Origin: Promethearchaeia archaeon
GTDB taxonomy: Archaea > Asgardarchaeota > Lokiarchaeia > Sigyniarchaeales > SOKP01
Direction: 5' to 3'
Assembly (NCBI GenBank): GCA_029856125.1
Contig: JAHQWJ010000120.1
Location: 224,001 to 288,000, forward strand
Length of the DNA: 64,000 bases
A model generated the notes under the pieces. It had not been told where the DNA came from. It was given only the letters and a program-made list of their open reading frames with translations, and made no database searches. The translations under genes and the position numbers were made by a program. This document shows positions 1-9,730 of this stretch, in pieces; position 1 is the stretch's first letter; the number at the start of each line of letters is the position of its first letter.

Positions 1-705
1 AAGAGCGATGATGAGGAAATCAGAGTAAATGTATTAGATTACATCGGTAAATTAACAGTTGATGACGAATTAGCCTTTAATATTATTGAAAATTGCTTAA
101 TTTCTGACGAATCGCCGGTGGTTAAATTCGGTGCTGCGAAAACTTTCATCCATTACTTTACTGAACGTGAAATAAAACCGTTACTATGGGCAATTGATAA
201 TGAAAATTCAATATACTTTCTTAAAAATTTAATCAACTTATTAGAAACTCAAGATTATCCTCAATTTGAACAAATTCGGAAAAGAATTTATAAAAAAATA
301 ACATCTAAATATAATTTAAATTCATTCGACTCGAAATTCATCCTAGATATTGAGTATCTTGATTACATGAAATTTCAAGCCGACTTTAATAATTTTCTCG
401 AGAAATTTGAATTATCTGATACAGATAAACATACTTTGCTTAAAGAAAATACTGAAATTGGAAATAAAGGCTTGGGTAGAGTTAAAAAAGCTGAGGGAGG
501 TTATATAATAAATTTAATTCTCACGGATATTAATGAAATTCCTTCCTCAATCTGTAACTTAAGAAATTTACAGGAATTAGAAATCTCTAATTGCAAAATA
601 GAAAAATATCCAGAAAAATGTCCAAATCTCTTGTCAATAAAACGGATTAAATTTAAAAATAATACAATAGATAAAGTTCCTAGTTGGATTCGATATAACA
701 GTTAA
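1..705 (+). CDS. 5'-truncated HEAT-like/leucine-rich-repeat protein
   Basis: Frame is open from base 1 (KSDDEEIRVNVLDYIGKL...LISDESPVVKFGAAK, HEAT-like). C-terminal LRR consensus: INEIPSSICNLRNLQELEISNCKI, FKNNTIDKVPSWI. Confidence 0.75.
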   Translation, partial: KSDDEEIRVNVLDYIGKLTVDDELAFNIIENCLISDESPVVKFGAAKTFIHYFTEREIKPLLWAIDNENSIYFLKNLINLLETQDYPQFEQIRKRIYKKITSKYNLNSFDSKFILDIEYLDYMKFQADFNNFLEKFELSDTDKHTLLKENTEIGNKGLGRVKKAEGGYIINLILTDINEIPSSICNLRNLQELEISNCKIEKYPEKCPNLLSIKRIKFKNNTIDKVPSWIRYNS

Positions 706-726
706 AAATCTTATGGAGCATGTAAA

Positions 727-1014
727 ATGGAAGATTTGAAGGAAAAGGGTATAAAAATATATAACGCAATTTTTCAAGGAGAAAAAGATGTCGAAATTGA
801 CGAGATTCAATACCCTATAAAGAAATTTTCAAGCGGAATTAAATATGTTGATTTATTTGGGTATCGTTTTATAGAACAAAATTACAGAAAAAAATCAGAA
901 TGGGGGAAAAAAGCTCGAGAAGGACACAAAATCATGTGGATAATTAAAGGGAGAAGATATCTCGTTCAAATAATAGATGGAGAATATACCGAATTAAAGA
1001 GAAAATCAGCGTAA
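727..1014 (+). CDS. Small basic hypothetical protein
   Basis: 95-aa ORF with ATG start and GGAG upstream, protein-like composition; no motif recognised. Confidence 0.7.
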   Translation: MEDLKEKGIKIYNAIFQGEKDVEIDEIQYPIKKFSSGIKYVDLFGYRFIEQNYRKKSEWGKKAREGHKIMWIIKGRRYLVQIIDGEYTELKRKSA

Positions 1015-1036
1015 ACCTTTTTTTATAATTTAATTA

Positions 1037-1636
1037 TTATTTTCCCATTAATTTATTGACAATTAGCTCTAAATAAGACATTCTAACTGATTCTTGCTTT
1101 TTAATCCCAAAACTCTCTAAAAATTGAAAAAGTAGCTCTTTATTTTCATCTATATTCTCATATGATTCTGTTAGTAATTCTACTTCAACAAAATGTTGTT
1201 CTAAAATAGGAATATAATCGATTAAAGCTTCTATTCTAGTATTCTTAAATTTGAAATCATATAGTTCTCTTTCTTTAACGACAGTAAATACATCTCGAAA
1301 TCCTAATTGCTTGAGAAGATTTTTCATGTCCTCAATTTCATTAATTTTTACTTCGATTTCTTCTCTTGTTTTGGTTGTTTTATCAATTTTTTTTCCTTTA
1401 TAAGTAATAAAATAATTGACTTTTTGAGTCATCTCCTTATCAATCCTGTCAAATTCAATAGACTTTCTTAATCTTAATGCTTCATCAGTCTGCTTAAAAT
1501 CCCTTAAACCCTTTGGCATGTTAAAATAAGTATCTTCATGATGTAACGAAAGTTTGTATACTCCATTAAAATCTTCAAACTTTTTCCTAATAAGATTTGG
1601 ATCGGAGATTTTTACTTTAATCTCAACTTCAATCAT
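1037..1636 (-). CDS. cyaB: CYTH-domain protein (class IV adenylate cyclase-like)
   Basis: N-terminal ExExK (MIEVEIKVK), DTYF, ALRLR, TYKG, REEIEV, FVEVE and C-terminal SYLEL motifs. Confidence 0.9.
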   Translation of the reverse strand: MIEVEIKVKISDPNLIRKKFEDFNGVYKLSLHHEDTYFNMPKGLRDFKQTDEALRLRKSIEFDRIDKEMTQKVNYFITYKGKKIDKTTKTREEIEVKINEIEDMKNLLKQLGFRDVFTVVKERELYDFKFKNTRIEALIDYIPILEQHFVEVELLTESYENIDENKELLFQFLESFGIKKQESVRMSYLELIVNKLMGK

Positions 1637-1781
1637 AATGCTAATCTTTTTTTGATTAATAACAAATATATAAAATTAATTTTTATTAAGTAATAATAGT
1701 TTCACGTAGAGTTGATTTTTTATATCTCTGAATTCTAAATCTATTCGAAAACTCGCAGAACAATATGGTTATCTACCTTAT

Positions 1782-2687
1782 ATGATTGAAAGATATTTTC
1801 AATTTTTAGGAGAAGATCAAACTATACAATTATTAGAGGCAAATGAAAAGCCATTAACACCTTCAATAAGAGTTAACACGCTTAAAATTGACAAAGATAC
1901 TTTAAAAAATAGACTGGAAAGCAAAGGATTCAAGTTAGAATCGATTGATTGGATACATTACGGTTTAAAAATTAAAAAATCTCCTTTAAATTTAGGATCA
2001 ACTCACGAATACCTTCAAGGATTTTATTATATACAGAGTGTTGCTCCAATGTTACCCGCTTTCATTCTCGACCCAAATCCAAGTGATATTGTGATTGACA
2101 TGTGCGCAGCTCCAGGTGGAAAAGCAACACATATGGCACAAATTATGAACAACGAGGGAAATTTAATATTAATAGAAAGAAATAGAAATAGGATACCTGC
2201 TTTAGAGATCAATCTTCGAAGATTGGGGGTTTCCAATTCAATTATCATAAATGAGGATGCTGTGAATCTGTCAAAAATGAATTTGAAGGCAGATAAGATT
2301 TTATTAGACGCACCGTGCACGGGGGAGGGCCTGATCAGGCAAGATTCTAGTAGAAAAAGGAGTAAAACCATGAAAGATATCAATAAATTAAGTAGTATTC
2401 AAAGAAAATTACTGAAAACTGGTTTAAATTCCTTAAATCCAGGAGGACAACTATTATACAGTACCTGTTCGATCGCGCCAGAAGAAAACGAATTAGTTAT
2501 AGATGATGTGTTAAAAGATAATTCAGACTTCGCCATTGTTAAGATACCCGGTAATTACGGCGTAAAGGGAATCGTAGATGTCTACAATAAAACGCTCAGA
2601 GAAGATATAAAATATTCTCAGAGATTATATCCTCACTTACATAATACAATTGGTTTTTTCGTATGTTTAATACAGCGGAATATATGA
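1782..2687 (+). CDS. NOL1/NOP2/RsmB-family RNA cytosine-C5 methyltransferase
   Basis: IRVNTLK, DMCAAPGGK, ILLDAPCTGEG, LYSTCS and PHLHNTIGFF motifs. True start may lie near 1722-1728. Confidence 0.93.
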   Translation: MIERYFQFLGEDQTIQLLEANEKPLTPSIRVNTLKIDKDTLKNRLESKGFKLESIDWIHYGLKIKKSPLNLGSTHEYLQGFYYIQSVAPMLPAFILDPNPSDIVIDMCAAPGGKATHMAQIMNNEGNLILIERNRNRIPALEINLRRLGVSNSIIINEDAVNLSKMNLKADKILLDAPCTGEGLIRQDSSRKRSKTMKDINKLSSIQRKLLKTGLNSLNPGGQLLYSTCSIAPEENELVIDDVLKDNSDFAIVKIPGNYGVKGIVDVYNKTLREDIKYSQRLYPHLHNTIGFFVCLIQRNI

Positions 2688-2867
2688 TATAAAAATAAAA
2701 AATTTTGTAGAAATTTGGTCCTAATTTGTTTATATATAACTATTTCTTAATAGTCATGAATTAATTCTTTTTTACGATAGGTAAGAGAATTGGGTGGAAT
2801 CCAGTGTTTTCTTCAATAAAAGATTTAATTCAAATTTTTCTTTCAACAGAATGTCATTTGATAAGAA

Positions 2868-3824
2868 ATGATGCTTCAAAGTGAAATAGCTTTTTATTTG
2901 TCAAGGTTCTATCTTTATACTAAAATCAATAAATTTGAAAGAGGAAATAGTTTTAGAAAGACAGTTAAGGTTGAAATTTTTAGAGCTTCTTTTGACCCTT
3001 TTTCAAGATTTGTAGAACTATATCTTGAAATGAAACAGGAATCTAAAGGTAAAGTAGATAATAATGAAAAATTTGTAAATTGGACTACGATTGATAAAGA
3101 CTTAGATATTATGAAAGAAAAAATTATTGCGCCCCCCTTAAGTTTAGAAAATCCGAACGTACAGAGCGTTATCGTCATAGCGGAAGATATGATGAATCAG
3201 GGAAAGATCCTCACTATAGAAAGATTGTATAACTTTTCAAAAAAAATTTTAAAAATCCCCCAATCTGGTCTAATTTCAATCATTCATTATTTGATCAACA
3301 GCCACGTATTACTTGAAGGTTCAAAATTTTCAAGAGAAACAGTTCTTATGAATCGTTTGAGGAAAAACATCTTAGAGTATATTCGACTCAATGGATGTGC
3401 TCACTTCTCAATTCTGAGAAGAGAAGTTTTATCAGAGCGAGATGGAAATCCAGGAAGTTCTGGGCAATTAGTTTGGCATTTAGAGATGTTAATGAATTTC
3501 AATTATATAAAAAAAATAAAAGTAGGTAATTTTACAGTGTTTCTTCCCATTGAGATGGAAGTTAAGTTAGGAATAATTAATTTTTTATTAATGGATGAAA
3601 TAAATAGGAAAATTGTAGACTTATTAACAATACAAAATTCAATTAAAAATTCAGATATTTTTAAAATATTAGATGAAAACCGAGGAAAAGTCAATTATAG
3701 ACTAAAAAATTTAATTAATTACGATTTAATTTGCGTTAAAGAAGATCCAAGTAAGGAAGTTTATTTAAATCCAGATAAACAAGAGGATATTATCAATATA
3801 TTAAATAAATTTAAAAAAAATTAA
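2868..3824 (+). CDS. Tandem winged-helix transcriptional regulator-like protein
   Basis: wHTH-like segments RKNILEYIRLNGCAHFSIL...GQLVWHLEML and NRKIVDLL...KVNYRLKNLINYDLI. Start uncertain, possibly ATG near 3030. Confidence 0.7.
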   Translation: MMLQSEIAFYLSRFYLYTKINKFERGNSFRKTVKVEIFRASFDPFSRFVELYLEMKQESKGKVDNNEKFVNWTTIDKDLDIMKEKIIAPPLSLENPNVQSVIVIAEDMMNQGKILTIERLYNFSKKILKIPQSGLISIIHYLINSHVLLEGSKFSRETVLMNRLRKNILEYIRLNGCAHFSILRREVLSERDGNPGSSGQLVWHLEMLMNFNYIKKIKVGNFTVFLPIEMEVKLGIINFLLMDEINRKIVDLLTIQNSIKNSDIFKILDENRGKVNYRLKNLINYDLICVKEDPSKEVYLNPDKQEDIINILNKFKKN

Positions 3825-3853
3825 GAAAAAAGTTAAGTTAAATTTGTGAGAGA

Positions 3854-5164
3854 GTGAAAATGGTATTAAATTGGACACCTGAAGTAATCGTTGAAATTTT
3901 CACAAGCGCAATCATCCTACTAGCTACCCTATTAATGTACATTACACCGAAAACTAAGAATATAAAATCTTTATCCTATATTAGATTTGGTCTCTTTTTT
4001 ATGGGCATGCTCTTTACATTAGACTTGTTGGCTAATCTTTTTTTGAACACATTACTTTCTCGGATTAGTGGGCTTATGCTTTTTCCTAGTGCAGTGTTTT
4101 TTGCGATAGGGATCAATTATACAATTAAGGAAACATCGAATTCACCTTTCTTACTAATAGCAGTTGGCTTAGGTGTTTTATATTGTTTTATTGCATTTCA
4201 ACCTGGAGCTGTAGGATTTGAATTTGTGGGAGGACATTTAAGTGTGAATTGGATTGGATTGTATGAATTGATAGGTTCAATTTTTATATTCTTTGTTGGT
4301 AGTGCATCGTTTTATTGGGGTTTAAAAACTTGGATGAATGCTCCATTTTTGATGAAAAGAGAAGCTCTTATATTTTTTATAGGTACTGTAATAAACGGTC
4401 CATTAACTCTAATTATTTACCTTTTTTATTATTGGAATCCAATTTTTATTCTGTTTGCTTATGCTACTACAGGTTTGGGAAATTTAATTATTTGTTTAGG
4501 AATATCGAAAGAGCCTAAACTTCTTTATATTTTACCATTTACCGTTAATAGGCTTGTTGTAAGAGATCGAGAAGGAAACCTATTATTCGATCACGATTGG
4601 TCTCGTTCTAACTTAAGTGAATCAATTTTTGCTGCATTTCTAAATACTGTGCAACTCATGAGCGAAGAAGTCATAAATATGGGGGGGCTATTGGACATTA
4701 AATTAGAAGAAGGTATTTTAACAGTATATGAATCTGAATTAATCTCGGTTGGTCTAATTGCATCGAAATACTCTAAATTGTTACGAGAGTGTGTTTTACA
4801 ATTTACTCAGGATTTTGAACATAAATTCGAGCGAGAGTTGGAAAAAGGGCTTAAAAATATAACCCAATACGAGGGAGCATTTGAATTGATTGAGAAATAT
4901 TTTTCAAACTTTCCGTCTCATGTTATTTCTAGTAGAAACCAACCTCTACTTTTATCAAGTAAATATATGAAACGAGTAGGGGAATTCGATAACAACCTTA
5001 GAGAAATATTCCCTGATGAGAAAGATTATGAAAATATAAGAAACGAAATACAAAAGTCCCCAATTGGCTTAGTTTCTAACTTCTTTTCTCTCTATGACGA
5101 ACTAAAAGACGAAATTGACAAAATTGAAGATAAAAAAGTTGATCAGCTTGATCTAAAAGACTAA
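3854..5164 (+). CDS. 7-TM membrane protein fused to a C-terminal longin-like domain
   Basis: Seven hydrophobic stretches in aa ~10-218, then RLVVRDREGNLLF...FAAFLNTVQLMSEEV...FTQDFEHKF...IEKYF, a longin-type pattern. Confidence 0.7.
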   Translation: MKMVLNWTPEVIVEIFTSAIILLATLLMYITPKTKNIKSLSYIRFGLFFMGMLFTLDLLANLFLNTLLSRISGLMLFPSAVFFAIGINYTIKETSNSPFLLIAVGLGVLYCFIAFQPGAVGFEFVGGHLSVNWIGLYELIGSIFIFFVGSASFYWGLKTWMNAPFLMKREALIFFIGTVINGPLTLIIYLFYYWNPIFILFAYATTGLGNLIICLGISKEPKLLYILPFTVNRLVVRDREGNLLFDHDWSRSNLSESIFAAFLNTVQLMSEEVINMGGLLDIKLEEGILTVYESELISVGLIASKYSKLLRECVLQFTQDFEHKFERELEKGLKNITQYEGAFELIEKYFSNFPSHVISSRNQPLLLSSKYMKRVGEFDNNLREIFPDEKDYENIRNEIQKSPIGLVSNFFSLYDELKDEIDKIEDKKVDQLDLKD

Positions 5165-5273
5165 CCTTTCTTTTCTAGCTTATTTATTTGTTTTTTCATC
5201 CAAAAAGTAAGAAAGAAGTCATCATCTGCGTTATTCCTATAATTCTAACTAACCATATTGCATTTATTGATGT

Positions 5274-5846
5274 TCATTGTTTTTTCCTTAGATAATAACC
5301 CTTGTCAATTAAATTTTTTGCTACTAAATCTTCTTGATTTAGTAAGTTGTAATTAGAATAATCGATTTCCGAACGAGCAAGAGCTATCAACTTTCTTGAT
5401 TCATTTAAGACAAGCAGAATTGCTTTTTTTTGTAGGTCTGATGGAATATTAAAGACCATCTTTTTTATTATTGGATTTCCATATAGAATTGCTTTCTCTC
5501 CTTTATTGGTTACAATTAAAATAAATTGATTTGGAATTATATTTTTGTTTAAAAAGAATTCAGCTCCTTCTAAGCTTAAGTGAAAAATTCCTTTCTTAAT
5601 GAAACCAAAATAAATACCTGCTGCATTTATATTCTCGTTTTTTAATTTTTCTTCTAAAAAATTACTAATTTCATATGGAACTAAATAGATTAAAGGGAAT
5701 TTGTTTTTTGTTTGCTCATCGTTAATAAAAATATAGAACCTATAATCTTTTTTCTTAAAATACGATAATACTTCGGAAGAAAATTTTAGAAGGGAATTAT
5801 TAATAATTGATTTTTCAATTTTATTAATTAATCTAAAAGTATTCAA
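5274..5846 (-). CDS. NIP7-like PUA-domain ribosome biogenesis protein
   Basis: GIYFG...FHLSLEG, KGEKAILYG, LIALARS and C-terminal NLIDKGYYLR (NIP7 signature DxGxYLR). TTG start. Confidence 0.8.
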   Translation of the reverse strand: MNTFRLINKIEKSIINNSLLKFSSEVLSYFKKKDYRFYIFINDEQTKNKFPLIYLVPYEISNFLEEKLKNENINAAGIYFGFIKKGIFHLSLEGAEFFLNKNIIPNQFILIVTNKGEKAILYGNPIIKKMVFNIPSDLQKKAILLVLNESRKLIALARSEIDYSNYNLLNQEDLVAKNLIDKGYYLRKKQ

Positions 5847-5934
5847 TTCTCTTATTCTCCGTTAAAATAAAAAGAAATAAGTAGTTTTATAATTATTAAT
5901 CAATAAAGTTATTAAAAAATACTGTTGTCGAAAA

Positions 5935-6651
5935 ATGGGCATTCGTAAAATTGAGGACGAAATTGACTTAAGAGAAGCCATGAAGAAAAAGGCAGCTGAG
6001 TTGAAGCTTCAAGACATGGAAGCAAAAGCTGCAACAGAAAACTTTACAAAAGAAAGACTTACAGAATTAGCTAAGACTCATGGAGTCATTTTGGCGTTAA
6101 CTCCCGAATTAAAGAATGAGGTTAAAGCTTTACAAAAGAAGTTTAATATTCCCTCGTCCAAAATAATTACTGAACAGATTACAGAAAACGATGTTTTAAA
6201 GAAATTTTCTAAAATAGATCATGAAAAATTAGGAATGCTTGCTTACCAAAGAATTTTAATGCAGAAAGAAGAAATTGGAGTGGGATTATTGCCCATTTCT
6301 AGAGTGTATGATTTAGTAAATACGGGCATTCTAAATGGAATATTAGATATTAAAGATTTGTTAAAAGCTTTAAAATTGCTCAAGAAAAATCATATTATTG
6401 ACGATTTGCAAGAATTTAATTCAGGTATCGTAATGGTAAGATTTTTTCCAGTTCAATACACTACTGATCAAGTGAAAGTTGTAGGAGTTGCTAAAGATAA
6501 GGGTTTTATTTCTCTTGAAGATGTATGTATTGCCCTAAGCTGGTCTCAAGATCGAGCTTTAGAAACTTTGAAATCATTAGAAGCCACAGGAATGGCGAAG
6601 TTAAGAGAATCTCTCCTAAAGGGAAAGCAATGGTACTTCCCTTCTTTATAA
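5935..6651 (+). CDS. ESCRT-II EAP30-domain protein (Vps22/Vps36-like)
   Basis: MGI..I N-terminal helix and tandem winged helices ending WSQDRALETLKSLEATG...QWYFPSL, as in the Vps22 C-terminus; lies next to vps4. Confidence 0.82.
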   Translation: MGIRKIEDEIDLREAMKKKAAELKLQDMEAKAATENFTKERLTELAKTHGVILALTPELKNEVKALQKKFNIPSSKIITEQITENDVLKKFSKIDHEKLGMLAYQRILMQKEEIGVGLLPISRVYDLVNTGILNGILDIKDLLKALKLLKKNHIIDDLQEFNSGIVMVRFFPVQYTTDQVKVVGVAKDKGFISLEDVCIALSWSQDRALETLKSLEATGMAKLRESLLKGKQWYFPSL

Positions 6652-6656
6652 ATGAT

Positions 6657-7547
6657 TTATTCTATTTTTATTTTAAATGAAACTTGATCATCCTCTAATC
6701 TAATAATCTCCCCCCTCTTATCTTTCTCTAACATTTTAAAAATTTTAATAATATCATCATTGGGAAGTTTACTAAACGCTTTATTAGATTCTCTAATTTC
6801 AAATATTAATATTGGCTCCAATGGAGAAATCTCCATGGCCCAATCGTATATTTCCTCAGCCCAATTATCTAAGCTCTTCCAATAAACTCTTAGTTTCTCT
6901 TTACTTTTTGATAGCCATTCAGCTTGTTCTTTATTAATTAATTCTTCAGCAATTTCTTCTAAGGCTTGTTTACGGTCTTCAAAATTAGAAAAAGGTTTTT
7001 CAGATTCAGATTGCCGAAGATATAAAATATGAAGTATTGCATACCGTGCGTAATCGAAAAGGACTTTAGACCATTCATTTTTCCAAGATTCATAGTCTTT
7101 CAAGTCAGTTTTTCTATTTGGAATTGAATACATAAATATGTATCTTTTCTCTTCAAGCCACGGGTAATCGTTAAGTAACAATTCATAAGTTGATATTTCT
7201 TGAGTAACAGCTTCTCTCTCTTTTACTATTTCTAGCTCAATTTCGCGAAGTTCTATTTCAATTTGAGCAGCGTTTTGTTCGTAGGTTTTTTGATCGATTT
7301 CTCCTAGCTTTGATGTGAGGATATCTTCGATTTTATTTAACCGTTCATCAATTTCTTCGCTTGGAAGTCCTTCTTGGATCACTTCTGAAGCTATTTTTCC
7401 TGCCTCAACTTCAATTTCTTTTAATTCCTTTTGTTTCTTTAGTTCTTTTAATCGAGCTAATTCCTTCCTTAAACCATCTAATTCTCTTTCAGGTTTTTCT
7501 TCTGTATCCTTAACTGCTTCTTCTGTTTTTTCTTTTTGACGTTCCAT
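6657..7547 (-). CDS. ESCRT-II Vps25-like protein with an N-terminal coiled-coil extension
   Basis: SWKNEWSKVL, AEWLSKSKEKLRVYWKSLDNWAEEIYDWA and KMLEKDKRGEII match the Vps25 winged-helix pattern; directly downstream of vps4. Confidence 0.82.
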   Translation of the reverse strand: MERQKEKTEEAVKDTEEKPERELDGLRKELARLKELKKQKELKEIEVEAGKIASEVIQEGLPSEEIDERLNKIEDILTSKLGEIDQKTYEQNAAQIEIELREIELEIVKEREAVTQEISTYELLLNDYPWLEEKRYIFMYSIPNRKTDLKDYESWKNEWSKVLFDYARYAILHILYLRQSESEKPFSNFEDRKQALEEIAEELINKEQAEWLSKSKEKLRVYWKSLDNWAEEIYDWAMEISPLEPILIFEIRESNKAFSKLPNDDIIKIFKMLEKDKRGEIIRLEDDQVSFKIKIE

Positions 7548-7568
7548 ATTCTACATCTTTAAATGTTT

Positions 7569-8786
7569 TTAGTATTCTCCGAATTCAATAGCCCATTGCT
7601 CATATTGGCTTAAAGAAGATCCAGTAGTCATAGGCTTTACTTTTTTTAAAGTTTTAGTAAAGTCTTTTAATTCAATATCCCTTATAACAACTTCTTGATC
7701 ATTATTTTCTAGAAGCCCACCCATATCTAGTTCTCTGATTGGAAGCATTATAACTTCACGACATACATTAGAGATGTCTCTTCCAGAATATCCTTCAGAT
7801 CTAACTCCTAACTCAATAAAATCTTCTTCGGGCATCGCCATATTAATACCTGCGGTGTGAATCTTAAATATTCCAACTCTGGCTGTTAGATCTGGAAGAG
7901 GAACATACACTTTTTTTTCAAATCTACTAAGCATGGCTGTGTCAATATCCCAAGGTCGATTCGTTGCCCCTAAAACTAGCAAAGGTTTTTTAGACCCTGA
8001 TTTAACACCTTGAATTTCGGCTAACAGCTGAGTTTTTACCCTCCTTTCTCCACCACCTTCATGACCTTCACCTCTCTTAGTAGCTACAGAGTCAATTTCA
8101 TCCATAAAAATCAGACTAGGGGCTTTTATTCGAGCAACTTTAAAAAGTGAACTGATTAGCTTCTCACTTTCTCCTAACCATTTACTTAATAAATCGGCTG
8201 ATGAGACGCTAAAAAAAGTTGCTTCACATTCTGTTGCTGCTGCTCTGGCTAGCAATGTCTTTCCACATCCTGGAGGTCCAAATAATAGAATCCCTGACCA
8301 TGGTTTTCTTGCTCCTGTGAATAATTCAGGTCTCATAATTGGTAAAACTATAGCTTCTCTTAAGGCTTGTTTACTTCCCTCTAAACCCGCTATGTCTATC
8401 CATTTCACATCAGGCGATTCAGTTAATATAGTCCCCGATATTGAATCAATTATTTCTTGTTCTTCAGCAGAATATAGCCCTTCCTCTTCTTTTGTCTCGC
8501 CTTCTTTTGGTTCACTCGGTTTACCAGAAGATCTTCCTCTCTTAACTCGAGGACCGCTTAAATGGGCTTTAAGTACATTAGCACGATTCAAATATTGTTC
8601 GATTTGATCGTGACATTTTCTAACCATTATCGGATTTTTATTATATTTTACGAATTGTATTAAGATTTCTGCTGCTCTTTGATACTTATTTAGAGCTTGT
8701 CTATAATGCCCCTTTTCGTCCAAATCAACGGCAGCTTGCGCTTCTTGGACGGCATAAAGGTAAAGTTTACTATCAACACTACTCAA
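7569..8786 (-). CDS. vps4: Vps4 AAA+ ATPase with N-terminal MIT domain
   Basis: MIT domain (AVQEAQAAVDLDEKGHYRQALNKY), GILLFGPPGCGKT, SSADLLSKWLGESEK, IFMDEIDS, GATNRPW, RFEK. Confidence 0.93.
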   Translation of the reverse strand: MSSVDSKLYLYAVQEAQAAVDLDEKGHYRQALNKYQRAAEILIQFVKYNKNPIMVRKCHDQIEQYLNRANVLKAHLSGPRVKRGRSSGKPSEPKEGETKEEEGLYSAEEQEIIDSISGTILTESPDVKWIDIAGLEGSKQALREAIVLPIMRPELFTGARKPWSGILLFGPPGCGKTLLARAAATECEATFFSVSSADLLSKWLGESEKLISSLFKVARIKAPSLIFMDEIDSVATKRGEGHEGGGERRVKTQLLAEIQGVKSGSKKPLLVLGATNRPWDIDTAMLSRFEKKVYVPLPDLTARVGIFKIHTAGINMAMPEEDFIELGVRSEGYSGRDISNVCREVIMLPIRELDMGGLLENNDQEVVIRDIELKDFTKTLKKVKPMTTGSSLSQYEQWAIEFGEY

Positions 8787-9007
8787 CGGCTATAACCTTT
8801 TAAAAGTAATTATTTATCTTATCTATGTTAAAATATTCTTAATATTTATAGGTAAGCTAGTTCAATGTTTATTTTATTAATTAATTCTTCCACATATATC
8901 AAATTTTCTTTTTAAAAAGGTATTGTAAACATTGGTCTACAACAAAAAATTATATAATCTTGAGTTTTCTTATATTATATAAAAATAATAATAATTGATG
9001 AATTAAG

Positions 9008-9634
9008 ATGGGTTTTCTCAAAGATATGAGTAATTGGCTCTCAGGAGGCAAGAAAAAAGATACTGTTCGTTCCGCAACCGTGAAATTAAAGGTCTTCAAC
9101 AAAAGACTCGCCAGAAATACTCGGAAAATGGAGATAACAGCAAAACAAGCGAGAGATAAAGCTGTTAGATTACGAAAAGCTGGAGATATGGACGGATCTG
9201 AATTCCACGCACGGAACTATCTTCAAGTTAAAAAACAAGCTAGGGCGATTGACCATTTTAGAACAAACTTAGAAGGAATGGTTTTCAAGCTTGAGCAAGC
9301 TACCGCAGTTAAAGATATTTCAAACATAATGACAGGCATAGCTTCTAGTCTAGGTGCTCTAAAGAACCAATTGTCAGTCCCCCAACTAACAGAGATAATG
9401 ACTGAAATCGGAATTGATATGGAAGACTTTGAAGTGACGCAAGAAATTACTTCGGATGGAATCGATAATATGACTTTAGATACTGCTGTTACAGATAATC
9501 AAGTAAAAGATATATTAGGCGAAATTGACGCTGAGATTCAGGTTGAAGTTGGTGGAGCATTACCATCAATAGATCCTGATGGAAAAGTTAAAGAATTGGA
9601 AGAAGAGTTAAACAAATTAAAATCGCGAGATTAG
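9008..9634 (+). CDS. ESCRT-III subunit (Vps2/24/46, CHMP1-3 type; Snf7 superfamily)
   Basis: N-terminal amphipathic helix (MGFLKDMSNWLSGG), basic helical hairpin, acidic C-half and MIM1-like tail (ELEEELNKLKS); divergent from vps4. Confidence 0.88.
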   Translation: MGFLKDMSNWLSGGKKKDTVRSATVKLKVFNKRLARNTRKMEITAKQARDKAVRLRKAGDMDGSEFHARNYLQVKKQARAIDHFRTNLEGMVFKLEQATAVKDISNIMTGIASSLGALKNQLSVPQLTEIMTEIGIDMEDFEVTQEITSDGIDNMTLDTAVTDNQVKDILGEIDAEIQVEVGGALPSIDPDGKVKELEEELNKLKSRD

Positions 9635-9730
9635 ATATTAGCAATATCTAGTACCTCTTCCTTTCCACCTACCAAAATTATTTAAGGTTAAACTCTATTT
9701 TTAATTTATTCTTAAACTCAATTTGAACGA

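Noticed and set aside
2757-2885. Possible leader RNA or uORF before the wHTH gene
   Set aside because: Only an imperfect hairpin near 2785-2815 and an ATG-AAT-TAA mini-ORF; insufficient support.
7569-8786. Alternative call as proteasome ATPase, Cdc48 or FtsH
   Set aside because: Single AAA module with MIT domain, SKWLGESEK pore loop and ESCRT neighbours fit Vps4.
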